DNA of 64,000 bases from Callorhinchus milii. Taxonomy: Eukaryota. The notes under the pieces are model-generated. The model was not told where the DNA came from. It did not search any database and saw only the letters and a program-made list of their open reading frames with translations. The first letter of the stretch is position 1; every line of letters begins with the position of its first letter. Shown piece after piece: positions 13,206 through 27,501 of this stretch. The stretch lies in the NCBI RefSeq assembly GCF_018977255.1, contig NW_024704743.1:98644001-98708000 (forward strand). The letters run 5' to 3'. A program made the position numbers and the translations under genes.

Positions 13206-15199
13206 TTATCAGATGCAATGATTATTATTCAATTACTTGCACATCTGTCAAGTCATTCCCCATCACATAGAATGTAGTTGTTCAATTCATTTGAAATCAA
13301 GTCTCTTGGACATAAATTTCTGTAAGAATGACCACAGATATCAAAACACAATTACTTGAATGTGCCTCAAGGGAAATATTATATACATCAAAAGCAAACG
13401 TTAAAGGTATAGATGGATAAGAGGTTGCAGTTGGAATATTGCATTCAGTATTGGGGTTCACTAAAGATATGGATAGGTTTCCAATAGTTGTTAGGCAAGA
13501 CAAAATTAAAGTACAGCAGCTCTAGCAAGGTTCCATTGTTATCTTTCTGCTGTATTTTATATTCTTCATTTTCATGGTCACTAACCAATATAGAACTATA
13601 CTTTTTGACAGGAACTAGTCATGCATTCTGGATACAGATGTCAATCCTGGCTGCTTACATCACTGACATTTATATTACTAGGCCACAAAGAAAAACTAGC
13701 CACCTTCAACAAATTATTGGACAAATGTATTTGTGATTTAAATAAACTCATTACTATTTGTCGCCTTTTATTGATGAGAGAATGTGATGTTTGGTGGTTA
13801 GCAGAACATGCAAATTCTGATCCCTGTATTAAAATAGTTGCGGTTTTCAAAATTTCTGCATTGAAAATGCAATGTATAACTAGTAAGGTTATTTCACTGA
13901 ATGCCTAATACTGTGAATTATTATATTTGTTTGTTACATTTGACATCACTATACATTGTACATTTACTATGCATGCAAGACTCCTAAAAACAAATAAGAC
14001 AAATTCCCTTTTGCAAAAATCCCATAGTAATCAATGTGCTGTAAAATTGTATACATTTATTCAAATGCTGATACACCACTATTTGGACAACATTGTAGAA
14101 TTCAAATTTAGGTAGGTCAGCCTCAAGCCACAAGACTGCAAGTCAAATGTGTCCATCTGCTAGTCACGTTATGTTCCCCAATATAGTACAAGCAGAGTCT
14201 TTCATTATTCAATTTCAACTACCATTTGAGTACCCCACAAGAAAACTCTTTAAATTTTGAATGTACAACAGTGAGTCACATAACATGTACCGTATTTATG
14301 ATAAAGCATGCAATTAGAATCCAGATAATTCCAACACATAATGGACAATTTGAATTATTATTGATCTCCCCAATTTATCTGTTCTTCTAAAATGAACCAT
14401 AGGAAATTTCCAGACAGAATTACAATGTCTCCCAAATTCAATACTTGCAATCATTTTTTTCCAATCTTTTCTAAGACATTTCTAATAAATCACTGTTTTT
14501 TTGAAGATAACACCCAAAATTCAAATCTGGCATATTAATTATGCAAGGTGAAAATATGTTTTTGACTTGCAGCTGCATATCATCAAGCTGCAACCCAGTG
14601 TTGATCAGGCTCAATCTAATCTAATTTTATTATAAAAATATTAATTTAATATTTTCTGTTGAATGCTTTCAGAGAGTAATCATCACTCATTCTCCTTTTA
14701 CATCCTTACCAAAGAGCATGTATCCTTTTTGCATACATATTTCTGATATTTATGCCAGTGTATATGTATACTGAACTTATTGTAACATGCTTAGTTAAGC
14801 TGCACTATCGGGCCAAGGTGAGTGAATCTCGTGAGTCGCCATATACCGATTGCAAGTGGTCATTGAACTTGTTTTAGATCTCAGAACGTGGTTAGCTGAA
14901 GTCAGCAAGCAGCCAATCTGGCGGTGGGGATCTAAGCAGGAATCAGCAAGCAGTCTCATGCAAGAGAATCAGAGCTATCGCTCTGCATTTTCAAGTCTTT
15001 GGATAGGCTACTGTATTTTACTTACTTTTCATGCTTACTGCAGTAAAAATAATCATTCAAAAAAGTCAATCAGACCTACAGTACACAGCCTTCCAACAAT
15101 AATAATCCTTATCACATCGGACGGACATCTCAAAGCACTTCACACGATTTACTGTGAAATGGAGTGACAGTGTGTTTGTAGGCAATAGGCAACCAGACA

Positions 15200-15450
15200 G
15201 AGCTCCGTAGTAGCCACCTACACATGGAAATTCCTATGACTGGAATAAAATGTGCATTCTCCGCCTGGAGGGCCGCACTCTGATTGCCTAATTTTGGAGT
15301 ATGTTAGGCGCAGGTTGGCAAGAAGCAAGTCTTGGGGAACCCAGAGTGCGCACTCGGTAAAATTACATAGCTTGCTATTGAAAGCAGTGTCTGGCAAGCT
15401 TCCCACGGCTTGTACAGCCACGACAAGCTCTACCCATCAGAGCCTTGGCT
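15200..15450 (+). repeat. Family X copy
   Basis: cctaattttggagtatgttaggcgcaggttggcaagaagcaagtcttggggaaccc aligns with 8449-8505. Confidence 0.7.
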
Positions 15451-15574
15451 AACACGGTTACCAACACCACCTGACCAGTGAGATGGGAAGCTGTGGGCAG
15501 GACAGCATTGGTAGATGTGCTCGGAGTCTACATGAAGGTCTGCGGAAATTGGTAAATCACTAAGTAAACTTAAA

Positions 15575-15775
15575 TTTGCTCCCTCCCTTGCCTCCTTCAA
15601 GGCACGTCTCAAGACCCTCCTCTTCGAGCGCACCTTCAGCTACCCTCCTACCTCCCTGCCCTCCACCCTCCATGATCCCAACCCCCCACCTGCTCGGGTC
15701 CAAATCCCTAACTGTCCACGCTTGGCATGTCCTCCTGACGTGAAGGGCGCTATACAAATGTAACTTTGTGCTGTA
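15575..15775 (+). mobile_element. L2 LINE 3' end
   Basis: cctccttcaaggcacgtctcaagaccctcctcttcg...gtcctcctgacgtgaagggcgctatacaaatg. Confidence 0.8.
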
Positions 15776-16129
15776 CTGTATTAAATTTACTTAGAACTGG
15801 TCACTGAAAAGGGTCTTTTCGCACTTTCGGGGCTAAAAAAGGGTGATCACTGGTTGTGTTAAACAAATAGTTGCTGAAGAGAAGTGGTTTATTTGGAAAA
15901 TCGGTCAGGACTGTTCCAGGATGGTTGTTGGCAGCAGGTGGCTGCTTCAACAGGTTTCACTGCATATTCACATCAGAATCTATCAATGTTTACTGCAAAA
16001 TAGTCTATACTTCAATAATAAGCGATATATGTTGATCAGTTATGTTTTTGAGACAACAAAAAAAAAAACAACAAGATTCATTATAAGCTTCAGTCAAGAG
16101 TCAAGCTGCACATTGGTATGAAGAAATGC

Positions 16130-16440
16130 AGGGAAAAAAAGAAAATGTAGGTGAGGGAAAGGAAGAGGAGAGAAGAGAGTGAAGAGGTCAAAGAAAGGTT
16201 TGAGACCCTTGAAGGAAGGGAAGCAGCGAAGCACTGGGATGGAGTTCAGACTCGGGCTGAGAGTGAAGCCGACACGATGTAGGGGTTGGGCGGGGGGGAG
16301 AGACGGAGAGAACGGAGGTAGGCAGGTAGGGGATAGTAGGTGGAGAGGGGAGCAGGGTGTTGTGGTGAGGAGGATCTTGATCATCTGGGGATGGGGGAGG
16401 GAGGGGGAGGATGTGGTGGTGGGGGACAGTACGAGCGAGA
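16130..16440 (-). mobile_element. Degraded L2 3' fragment
   Basis: Purine-rich tract with gtcaaagaaaggtttgagacccttgaagga and ggtgaggaggatcttga, matching the L2 reverse strand. Confidence 0.7.
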
Positions 16441-17894
16441 GTTCTGAATGACATAAATTAGACCTTTCTTGAGTTCAATCAAAGATACATTTTCGAAAAT
16501 TTAGAAACATTTTCTGCAACATTTAGCATATCAATACAGTATAAGCAAGTAAATTACACATAATCAATGTAAGGTGTATTTATTCACACAAGTTGTTTCT
16601 CCACCTTCTTATTTGCTTTTCCTACTCTTCAAGTTAAAATGTAACCTTACGGTCCACATATTATCAAATCTGAAATGATAATATTTGACTTCTAGAAGGA
16701 AATTTTGATAAATTAGCGAATCTCCAAAATGTGAAAAAACAAATTTGAGTATTACTGAACTAACTTTCAAAATCCAAGAATTCAACAATAGAGCTTATAG
16801 ATTTGGCTAGATGATACAAACAGCAATCATCAGATTTCAATTAGTAGAAATAAAATGGAAAGCTGTGAATCCTAGAAATCTTTCATGTCGGACCATTAGC
16901 ACCCGTAAGAAACATAGGTTCAAGTTTTGGATGCCTACCTTGACCAGACAATTTTTCTTCCTGATGCTGATTGACTGGCCCTGGATTTCCACCATTTCTA
17001 TATTTATACAACATTTTCAATTCACTTCATCCACTTGCAATCACAGTATTCCTCTCCAACATTTCATGGCTTCTTCTTCACGCAACCTTTAGAATCACAA
17101 TTCCCTCTGAAGCAAAACTAATCTTTTACTGCCTTTGTTTCTTTATAGATATCTCTTACATTGATGTACTCCCTGTGTAACAGATCTTTCAACGCTTTTT
17201 CATTCCATACTATTTTCCTCCAAGGTGAAACAAATCTTTTACTGCCTTTTCTCTTTTAATAGCTATACCAAATTACATAGAATCAGAGCTGTCACTCCAC
17301 ATTTTCAAATCTTTGGCTATTGTATTTTACTCACTTTTCATGCTTACTGCAGTGAAAATAATCATTCATAAAAGTAGTGGCATTTTGATGCAGTTCACTA
17401 CTGAACCATCAAGTCCCATCTCATTACTGTATTTTAAATTTAATTGTCCACTCTGTCAGGCTTCTGATTTCACCGGGTCTCCATGGGAAGGCACTGAGCA
17501 GAAGCTAGCCTTCAGAGGGCCAAAAAGGAAATTAAAATAAGATGGTCTTCATTGGGCCACCCTTAGCAGCTGCAAGACTCAGTATCATCAGTGGCCCCAT
17601 TGCAATCCTTTGACAAAAAGAGGCAAACAGTAATGAAAAAAGATTTGGGGGATAAATATAATTTCAAAGATGAAAGCAAAGCCTAGAAGAAAAACACAAA
17701 GACGTAGCAAACAAAATATTTTCCCATATCCCCAAAATTATTCTGAATGCCTGGTTCTTTTCTTTGAGCTATAAACTATATCTGAGGGTAGTAAATTAAA
17801 TTGATGAGCTTAACTCATCATGAACCTCGCCACTGTGGAGTGCTCCAAAATATAATCCTATGTGACGGGTGCTATAAGTAACTGCAAGTTAATG

Positions 17895-18190
17895 TGAAAC
17901 TGCATAGCATGCTATTGTAGTGTCCGGCAAACTTCCTGTCGCTTGTCCAGCTTGTACCCATCCTGCATTTTACACTCAGAGTTAACTGGAGCTGAGTGGG
18001 AAAAATCCTCGCTCCCACTGACTGGTCTGCCCCTCCAAGTCCTGCTGATGAACCACGCTGGCTGGTCTATCGACAGCGCTGACTTAAGAGTATTGTGATC
18101 GCCTGGCTCAGGAACTGGAGTACGTGACCGCCACAGAAGGTTGAAACAATTCTGTTGCCAAGCACATCATCTTGAAATCTGTGCTTACTT
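17895..18190 (+). repeat. Family X copy
   Basis: gcttgtccagcttg...gttaactggagctgagtggga...tgactggtctgcccctccaagtcctg...catcttgaa aligns with 8580-8833. Confidence 0.75.
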
Positions 18191-19386
18191 CTTCTCCCCA
18201 CGCACCCCATGCATAAAGTAGCAATGCAAGGTCTAAATGGAGCATTAACAGACAGATCAAACTGAAACAATCATACACAAGAATGATGAAGAAGTAAACT
18301 TTCCAAGCAAAAAAAAATCCAAATCTAAAACAAGGCCTCAGATGAAGTGTACTATAAAGATCAGATGAATCATATGGCCTGTCTGGCTGAGAAACATTAA
18401 ATAATCAACATCATAAAATTCATTTTAAATGAAAGTAAATTTAGTGTGTTGTACATGAAAGAATGAGGAAGAATTGCATAAAATTATATGAATACTGTAA
18501 TGATTAAGAACAATATGATGTGAATTTAAACAGCTCATACCTTAATTGAAATCCAAATAGAATATTCCAGTGATCTAGAGGCAATTTTTCTTTTAAAAAA
18601 ATGTTTTAAGCTAGAATACAGTGAAGCTCAATACAGTTAAAAAATGAAGCTTCAGGCATGATCTGCATATGGTTATAATTTTTAAGGATAAAAGCGAGAT
18701 TGGATTCATCTCACTCTCAACATTCTATGCACATTGCCAATGGACTTGCTTGGCAACTACTTTGCACAGCTGCAATAAATTAGGCTACCGGACACTTTTC
18801 TGAAATGAATGCAATGCACATTATGCCTCATGGGAATTTGCACAGAAATAGGTGGTGGTGGTGTGGGGGGGTGGAGGGAAGATAAGAGTTTCTTCTGAAA
18901 TCTGCTGGGGTTCAACTTCTATACATCTCCAAACCATGGGTGTCCTCCCAAAAAGATGGAAAGGTATTCAGAAGGTAGAATTAACTAATGTGTAATATTG
19001 TTCAAGAAGCACAATGCTTCTCAGCAATTGTAAAAGCACTCAAGTACTTTACAAATTGTTCAAATCCAAGTGTTTATAATATTTATAGTGGTAGAATTTT
19101 GATGTGAAAGGAAGCTCAACCCAGCACTGCTTCTCTAACCAAAGAGAAAAAAATGAATTGAGGAGTCATTGGACAATCTTTCTTCTATAAACGTAGAAAT
19201 TTAGGAAGCCCAAGTTGTGGGGATGGGACTAGTATTCCTATACTGTCGTATCATAGAATTAAAATAATTAAGAGAATATTCCCTTTTGTCAATCTTAAAT
19301 CCCAATCTTAAAGCACAAAACTCAATCTCATAATGTGTGGAGAGTGATGAAAATGAAATAGTATTTCAGATTTTGAATTAATCTTA

Positions 19387-19623
<237 letters not shown>

Positions 19624-20059
19624 CTATAGTATAAAGAGCTTATATCTAATCGTGGTTTATATTGGTTTGATTTTGAGATAGTCTTAGCTGCAACCATCAT
19701 GTTATGAAGAGCTGAGTTGCAGTTGTATTGTATTGTATTGTATTTTTTTTTGCAATGCAGCAAAACTGAAACTTCTTAAAGATGTGCAATTTTGATTCAA
19801 ATTTTTAAAAAAACTGAAAGTGCACATTAGAATCTCAAATTTGAAGTGAGATTCGCCCATCAAGCTTAAATCAAGATGGAGACCAGATGGAGTAGAAATA
19901 CACTTTATTTGGATTAGGCACTTCTGTAAATAATTGTGAACCTAGCCCCAGAACAGATAATGATGCTCATTTATCACACATGACTGTTTGTTTCATATGA
20001 TGGATCAAACCCTCTTAGTGCCAGGAGGCCTGAGTCAAGCATGCAATAAAATTTATGGA

Positions 20060-20185
20060 GATAAAACAAATCAAAAACCACAGATGCTGAAAATCTGAAA
20101 CAGAAATTTTGTTAACACACAGAGGGTCAATCAATACTTGAAAGAGAAAGATAAGTTTACTTTTGAGGTACAAATCATCAGAACT
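20060..20185 (-). mobile_element. Degraded fragment of the Penelope-type terminal repeat
   Basis: cagatgctgaaaatctgaaacagaaa and tcatcagaact resemble the reverse strand of 55073-55205. Confidence 0.5.
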
Positions 20186-20845
20186 AATAAATATATACAT
20201 TTTATAAATATCTTCCTCTGATAGAAATGCAGCTGTACAGTAGTTATTGATCCCCACAATAACAAAAAATACATGATTCCCCAACCTAATCAACCCTAAC
20301 CTTCATAAAAAGCAACACGTTCACAAGTTACACATTTAGTTGTGAGGTATAAGTTGCTTGTAAATAAAACCAATCTTCAAAGAACATTAAAAAAAAGTTT
20401 CCAGTTACAACCTGTACTCCAAAAATCCAGTGTCAAAGAGACAAAACTCTCTGAACTTAAGTTTGATATTCCACAAATGAACAAATAATACTTACATATT
20501 ATATAGCAGAAACATCATCAAAACATCTCAAAGCGCTCGCAGGAATTTCTGTGACCACAGTGATTGTGTATTTGCAGATAAACAAGGCGGCCAAGTTGCG
20601 CACAGCTTGTGCCACAAAAACCCATGAAGTAAATGACCAATTTACAGAGGTTTGTCAGCTAGGACAATAAATTGCAAGTAAACATATATACCACTAAAAA
20701 TGTGAATTTAACTTCATAATGCAGGGATGTTGAAACTAATTGTAGCATCCCTTCTGCTAATTCTGTATAGCTCGGGTTTGAGCCTGTAACCTTCCAGTCT
20801 GAATGCTCTAGTGCTACTTCAGGAGATGCCTTCTTGCACTAGGCC

Positions 20846-21030
20846 ATAATAATAATAATCATCTTTGCATTTGATTAAGCATCTTATCACGTCATTGAGA
20901 TGACTCAATTCATTTTACAGAATATATTGTAAAGTGGATTGACTGTATTTTGTAGGCAAACTGCGGCGGCCAATTGCACACAGCAGTGTCCCGCAAACAT
21001 GGAATGAGGATCAAGTGACCAATTTTTTTT
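20846..21030 (-). mobile_element. tRNA-SINE 3' part
   Basis: (AAT)n tail followed by the SINE body acagaatatattgtaaagtggattgactg...gccaattgcacacagcagtgtccc. Confidence 0.8.
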
Positions 21031-21115
21031 TAAAAAAAAGAACTCCCATCAATCCCGCAAACATGGAATGAGGATCAAGTGACCAATTTTTTTTTTAAAA
21101 AAGAACTCCCATCAA
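20989..21115. repeat. Tandem duplication, 2 x ~64 bp
   Basis: tcccgcaaacatggaatgaggatcaagtgaccaa(T)n(A)ngaactcccatcaa at 20989-21052 and 21053-21115. The units differ only in homopolymer lengths. Confidence 0.95.
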
Positions 21116-22445
21116 GGGAGTTAATGCTATCCTAATGTTTGAATAGTTTACTTTGCTAATATCGTTTTTTTCAGCATCACAATGTATGAGCTAAAAACGT
21201 ATAGAATCAGATTAATTCATAGATCTACCAGCAGCCTAATCGTTCAATGGATTTTTAAAGAACTTTTAAATCTCTTCCAAAAATCCAAGATTACAGACTT
21301 TATTTGTAACTTCTGTCTTCCATTCCATAACTCTGATAATCTAGTTTACTAAATAACCAAATAAGTAAATATTTCACGATTTTAAAAGTGACTGAAACAT
21401 CTTCAAAATATAGTTGATATCCAACTTTTAGTTAGACTAAACTAATCCAATGTTTTCTACAATCTGATGGATTTCAGTAACAATATTTTATTATGAGCAA
21501 AGGTTCCCTATCACCTTTTTCAAATCATCATGGACACAGAAAATCACCTGTTTTGGTTTGTGAATGCTTAAAAAAAGGTTATGAATTATTGTCAAGTCCT
21601 CCTGCATTTTATCTGCTAGCTTTTAGTCGCAATATATTAATCACTTTAATATAATAATTTTTAATTTAATTCTAGTTAAAGATTCTATTTTAAACTTTTC
21701 TGTTTTGGTTGTACTTCCCAGTCTTAATATTCAGACTTCACTTTTTTTCAATTTCATGTGATTCATGATGCTTGCAGACAATGTAGATTATTCAAAAAGT
21801 AGGCAGCACTGTCAACGTACCATTTGCATCCAAGCGATTTGATGCTGTCCAGACGATGCATCTACTTTGTGTTCACAAGAGGTGTTGATACATAATAAGC
21901 TCAGACAGATCATTAGATTCAAACCTGCAGCCCGTAAACTTCTACATTATAGTAATGGAATACTAATCAAAAATAATGAGTGCTTTATGGAGCACATTTC
22001 CATCCCAATTTGTCTGCATCTGCACATTTACAACGAGATTCAATCATTCTGATTCTTTCTGAACTGTCAGACAATGCAAGCATCACTGATGCTTATATTC
22101 CATGACAGGATTAGGAATCACATAGTCTAAGGTTACACTCTAATGTAATGCTTGGGGTGTGTTGTATTGTCAGAGGTGTCATCCTTCAGTGGATGATCCA
22201 ATGAGAGTACAGTATGGGTTGATAGACAAGCAGATGATCCAATGGCAGCATGGGGCAGGTTGGTGGGACAGGTGGATGGTCCAACAGGTGAGCCTACCCA
22301 CTGACGTCACTAAAAGTTTCAAAAAGTTGCCGTTTCCGAACTACGATTTTGTTACAGCCTGAGTCATTGACTTCACATACAGGGAAATAGAGGACAAAAA
22401 TTTTGACACAATGTTAAATTTATATAAAACCACATTTGGTCTTTG

Positions 22446-23010
22446 TGTACTGTCCCGCACCAGGCTTCGGGACCACATCACTCCCACCCTCGCTCGCCTC
22501 CACTGGCTCCCCATCCCCCAGAGGATTGATTTCAAGATCCTCATCCTCACCTACAAGGCCATTCACGGCCTTGCTCCCTCCTACCTCTCCGACCTACTAT
22601 CCCCTACCTACCTGCTCGTACCCTCCGTTCCTCTGGCTCCGGTCTGCTCCACGTCCCCCGCCCCAACCGCCCTACCATCGGTGGTCGGGCCTTCAGCCTC
22701 TCAGCCCCAGGCTCTGGAACTCCATCCCCCAGTGCCTTCGCCGCTTCCTCCCTTTCCTCCTTCAAGGCCGGTCTCAAAACCTTTCTCTTTGACCGTGCCT
22801 TCAGCTCCCCTCTCGACTCTCTTCCTCCTCCTCGCTCCCTCCCTTCCCTCCCCTCACCCTGACCATTTCCCCCCTCCTCGCTCCCTCCCTTCCCTCCCCT
22901 CACCCTGACCATTTCCCCCCTGCTCGGGTCATGACCCAACTGTGCAGCGCCTTGGGACGTCCTCCTGACGTGAACGCTTTATAAATGGAATCTTGTTGTT
23001 GTTGTTGTTG
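22446..23010 (+). mobile_element. Young L2 LINE 3' end, inserted into an old CR1 fragment (approx. 22380-23080)
   Basis: [43 protein letters not shown], (TTG)n tail, and an internal ~47-bp tandem duplication at ~22826-22920. Flanks read MLNLYKT and ALERVQ (CR1 motifs). Confidence 0.93.
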
Positions 23011-26000
23011 TGTAGTTCTAGACTATTACAAGCTATTGTAGCATTGGAGAGAGTGCAGTGTAGATTTCAAGGATGTTGGCCTATAATGTTGTAAGTAATT
23101 CTATGTAATCCAAGTCCATAACCACTTCAACTACCTTTGATAAATCAGGCGCCAATCATACCTGCTTCTGGAAAAGGAAGATCTCAGACTTCTTACATTT
23201 CAACATACTGACAAGCGAGCTCAGTTGCTTGCACTCACCTAAAACAGAAGTCTGTGCTTTGTTCAAGCTGCACATCAGGACTCTGAACTCAAAGTCTAAG
23301 CTGATACTTCAAACTTTGATGGTTCTCAATCATTCCCTAGTACTTGAAAATGTAATATTTTGCAGATAGGCTGCAAAATGGCAATATGAGAATCAGCTGC
23401 AGGGAATATCCTGTGCACATCACTCCATTAACCTACAAGCAGACTTACCACAATATTTTCTGATGACATTTAACAACAAGACCATGGAGGGCTTTGAAAG
23501 TGAGGACCAGGATCTTGAACTGTATCTTCTGTGTGATTTAATGACTTTTTAAACATCTTTTCTGTGCCTCAAGTGTACTTTAAAACTGACCCCAGAGCAG
23601 TTAAAAAAAACTTAATTCTACAAATTCAGTTAAGTCAAACCCTTATTAAAATCCACACCTTTATTACTCCAGACTGGCCTACCCAGCTCCAACATCCACA
23701 AGCTTCAGCCCAAAATTCAGCCTTTCGCATCGCTTCCCCCACTGAGTCATTTTTACTTGCCACACTCCACTGGCTTCTTGCAGATCGACTTCAAGATCTT
23801 CACTAAACTATAAAGCCTTGCACACAATTGCTCCACTCTACCTCTGTAATCTTCCCCTGCCTGCCTCCATCATTAGGCAAAAGGGCCAGCTGCACACTCC
23901 TCGCCCTCTATGCCTCATTATCCAAGGCAGAGCTTTCAGACAAGATGACCCTTCCTTTTTCATCTTCCTTACTCAGTGTCCTGCACAGACTCTGTTAAGA
24001 GCTCCAAATACAAGGTTGAAAATTAAGATAAACTTTGCTCACAAGCCCAAACAATCTATAGCTAAAAGCACAGGTGATTTTCTTAAATAAATAAGCAAGT
24101 TGTTGCTTGCACCTCATTCAGTTCCTATTGTGCTTTCATCAATATTCTTTCCTAAGCTAGCTCCACTTCCTACACCAATTGTCTAAGACCTTTCAATCAC
24201 TTTGTTAAACGGAAAGTCCTCATTTTATGATCTGAAACAAGTTTAAGTGCAGTTCCAGGCACATCCATCCTCCACAGAGACTTTACCCTACATGACAGGT
24301 GCTATATAAATGTAAGCTGTTATTAATCATATTATAGCAGACTAACAAAAAAGTTGGAGGAACAATGTTCCTCTGATTGCTCAACATTTTATCCCGTGAA
24401 CAGTTGAGCCATATCCCTGGGCTGTGCTGAATTAGGCGAGATCAACAAACTCAGTTGAGGCTTCAATAAGGCAACAATTAACTATCCTCAGCTCCACAGG
24501 TTGAGAGAAAAAAGATCATCCAAGGTACCACCAGCAGCTGATCCTTGAAAGGGTATTCAAAGAGCAAGTTCACTTATGTTTATGTTACTGTCAATTCTCA
24601 TTTGAAGAATAGCGTGGGTATTTGACAAGGTGCTGGAACTAATTCCTATAGTCCTTATCTCTAGTGGAAAAAATAAAAAGTGAACTGCCTTCAAGAGAGG
24701 GTAAAATTAACAAGAAAAAAAGGTTACAGTCATCATAAAACGCTGAAACACTTCTGTTCTATATGGTGTGCTTGATTTCAATGAAATACGATCTGTCCCC
24801 TCCATCCCAATTCAAAGTCACTACCCTATGAGAGAATTAATATGCTCATGTGTTTTTAAAAAGAACCTAAATTATTTATCAAGGCCTTACTAAAATTCAA
24901 ATATATAACATCCAAAAAAAAATATGCTCATCGGCATAGGTAAATAACAAAAAAAGTATTTGCTCAATGCCACCACACCAAGCTGTATCCTCTGCTCCAA
25001 ATTCAAAGAGGTAGCAGAAAGCAGGCCCAAGTTCAGTCTTTTACTAGGGACATTTGATTTCTGGGCAGTAATATACAATATAAAGTTATTTTTCACCCCC
25101 TACAGCTATCATTCTGTTTATAGCGAAGCTGCCAATCCCAATAGGTCAGTGTTCAAAACAAGTTAATAGGCAATTACAGGAATTCTTCAACTTGCTACAA
25201 GTATGCATATTAAAATAAAAGGTTAACCTCAGAATAATCTTCGTTGCAGCAGATTACTTTTTGAATTCTTCATTTGATGTACAATCAGGTAATGGTCTTA
25301 TCAGATACAAAATGGAATGCGGAAATGAGTGGTAAATTAGTTGTTAAGAATGAAGTAACTTGTAGGTAATGTCCCTTGAGATTTCACTGAAAAAGAGATA
25401 TTCAGACTTGATTTTTAACTTTGCTTTAAAATCATGCGGCAATGGATGAATTTAGTACAATCTCCACAGATTAAGTACCAATTTCTGAGTCTTCACACAG
25501 ACCTTTATGTCATATCCAATTACATCATCAAACCAAGGCTGCCAGCACCTTCTGTCCTACTAAAATTCATCATACCACACAATGTAAACAGTTAGATTAA
25601 AATTATCATCATGCGATTAGCATGGCTACACTGCTGTCCTTCTAATTTTCAGGCTTCCAAAGAGACATTTGAAAGAGATGTTTCTTCAATAATAACACAT
25701 TTAATGCAGAAAGTTTTAGAATTGCAATTTTTTGTAGAATCCAGTAAAAATTGACGAACCCAAGTTATACTAGACGCCATGTCTATGTTAAGGTATACAG
25801 AGCCAGCAGACAAAATACCCAAATGTTCTCAACCTGGGATCAATGAAAGTGAATTGGTCTTGTTACTGATCAATTGTGAGTGTCAGGCCTCACAGAAACT
25901 TTTAAAGGTAACATTTTAAGTTAAATTCATCAGCGTTATGAATGAAAAAAGGTAGTTGATGCATTCCCTATTTCAATGAATAACTTGTTTTTTTCATTCT

Positions 26001-26775
26001 GTGTTGTGTGACAGCTGCTTTTTTAAAAAAAATCTATCTTCAGATGACTTTCATTTCAACAGTCAGCATTTGTCAGATTATGTAATCTAAATTTAGCATT
26101 AACCATAGAAAAGCAGGAAAATATCTATATAGCAAGCATTGCCACAAATAACCCTTTGAATACTGAAATACCTTTGTAGTTTTAGAAATTACACATTTTT
26201 CATTACACAATGTCAATACATTTCTATTCAATCGGAATGAGGTAAATGTGCCGAGTCAGTGTTCTGCTCAGTGTGCATTTCACTTTTTCTTAAAGGAACT
26301 CTTCATTTTGATTTTAAATTTAACTGTGATTTTCAATGCATTAATGAATAAATTGTATTTTTAATCTTTGAAGCATCTCAAAGCACTTCACAGCAATTAA
26401 TGCCACATGTGTACTGACCCAGCACTGCATACGAGTTCCAAGTCCTAACGCGACTTTAACTCCAAGGCAAGAGTGCTACAATTGAGCCAGGCTGACAAAC
26501 AAATGTTAATTTATTCATTAAAAACTACATTTCTGCAATTACTGAGAAAAACTACATTATTTTACTTTGTATTGGAGAAGGCAGCAGAGTGCATTTGATT
26601 TGGTGGATTGCGTGCAGAGTACCCACATAGACTTGATGGATCAAATGGCCTTTTTTAATGCTATAACATTCTACATTTCTATGAATAAATCTTTAACATT
26701 TTGGGAAATAAAAATACAGCTCAAGTTAACTAAGCAAGAAAGAGGTTTCTCCTGAATGCATATAAAAGTACCAAC

Positions 26776-26939
26776 CTTTATTATCGATGGTCTTTGCAGA
26801 TACCTCAAATGTTTCCAATGGCACTGAACCAATATTCTCTAATTTGATGGTCATCTGTTGCAATTCCCCATTAAATAGCTGAACAGATACACTACTGGAC
26901 ACTTCATCACCTGACGACGGCAATAGCACGTGTGCAGAC
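26776..26939 (-). CDS. TRAPPC9: TRAPPC9 internal coding exon (approx. human exon 15), 164 nt
   Basis: gatgtag|G TCT GCA CAC...AAT AAA G|gttggt. Translates (R)[54 protein letters not shown](E). Begins in phase 2. Overlaps ORF 26726..26929. Confidence 0.96.
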
Positions 26940-27112
26940 CTACATCAAAACACAAGATCAAAATGATTTTTGTACAGTTTGACTTCTTTTTTTAAATCAA
27001 AATGTTTGTTTCTATGCTATTCATGATAAGCAAACAAAAAATTATTATCCTTACATTTGATATAGAATCTATAATATCAAAACATCTTAAAGTAAATCAC
27101 AGGAAATTATTT

Positions 27113-27501
27113 ATAATAATCCTTGCATTTGATATAGCACCTTATCAGGTCTTCAAGGCACCTCAAAACTCTTCACATAATATACTGTAAAATTAATTGA
27201 CTGTATATTTTGTGGCGAAACGCAATCGCCAATTGTGCACAGGCATGACCCACAAACAGTCGTGGATTGATTGACCATATTTTCATTTTTTTAATTCATT
27301 GCTTTTTTTAAAAAAAAGGGATTACTATCCCAGGAAAAGCATTCCGCCCATCGATTAACAACCGGGTTCCTACTTACTGCTAGGTAAACTAAGGCTATGT
27401 GAAGTAAGGAAACTTGCCCAAAGTTTTGTCCTGCCCGGGAATCAAACCCAGGTCCTCTTGATTGTGAGACAAGTGCTCTAACCACAATGCTACAGGACTC
27501 C
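27113..27501 (-). mobile_element. tRNA-SINE, full length, long subtype, nested in an older SINE (approx. 27040-27890)
   Basis: Head GGAGTCCTGTAGC..GTGGTTAGAGCAC...GGTTTGATTCC on the minus strand, with the extra tttacctagcagtaagtaggaaccc segment. Confidence 0.9.
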
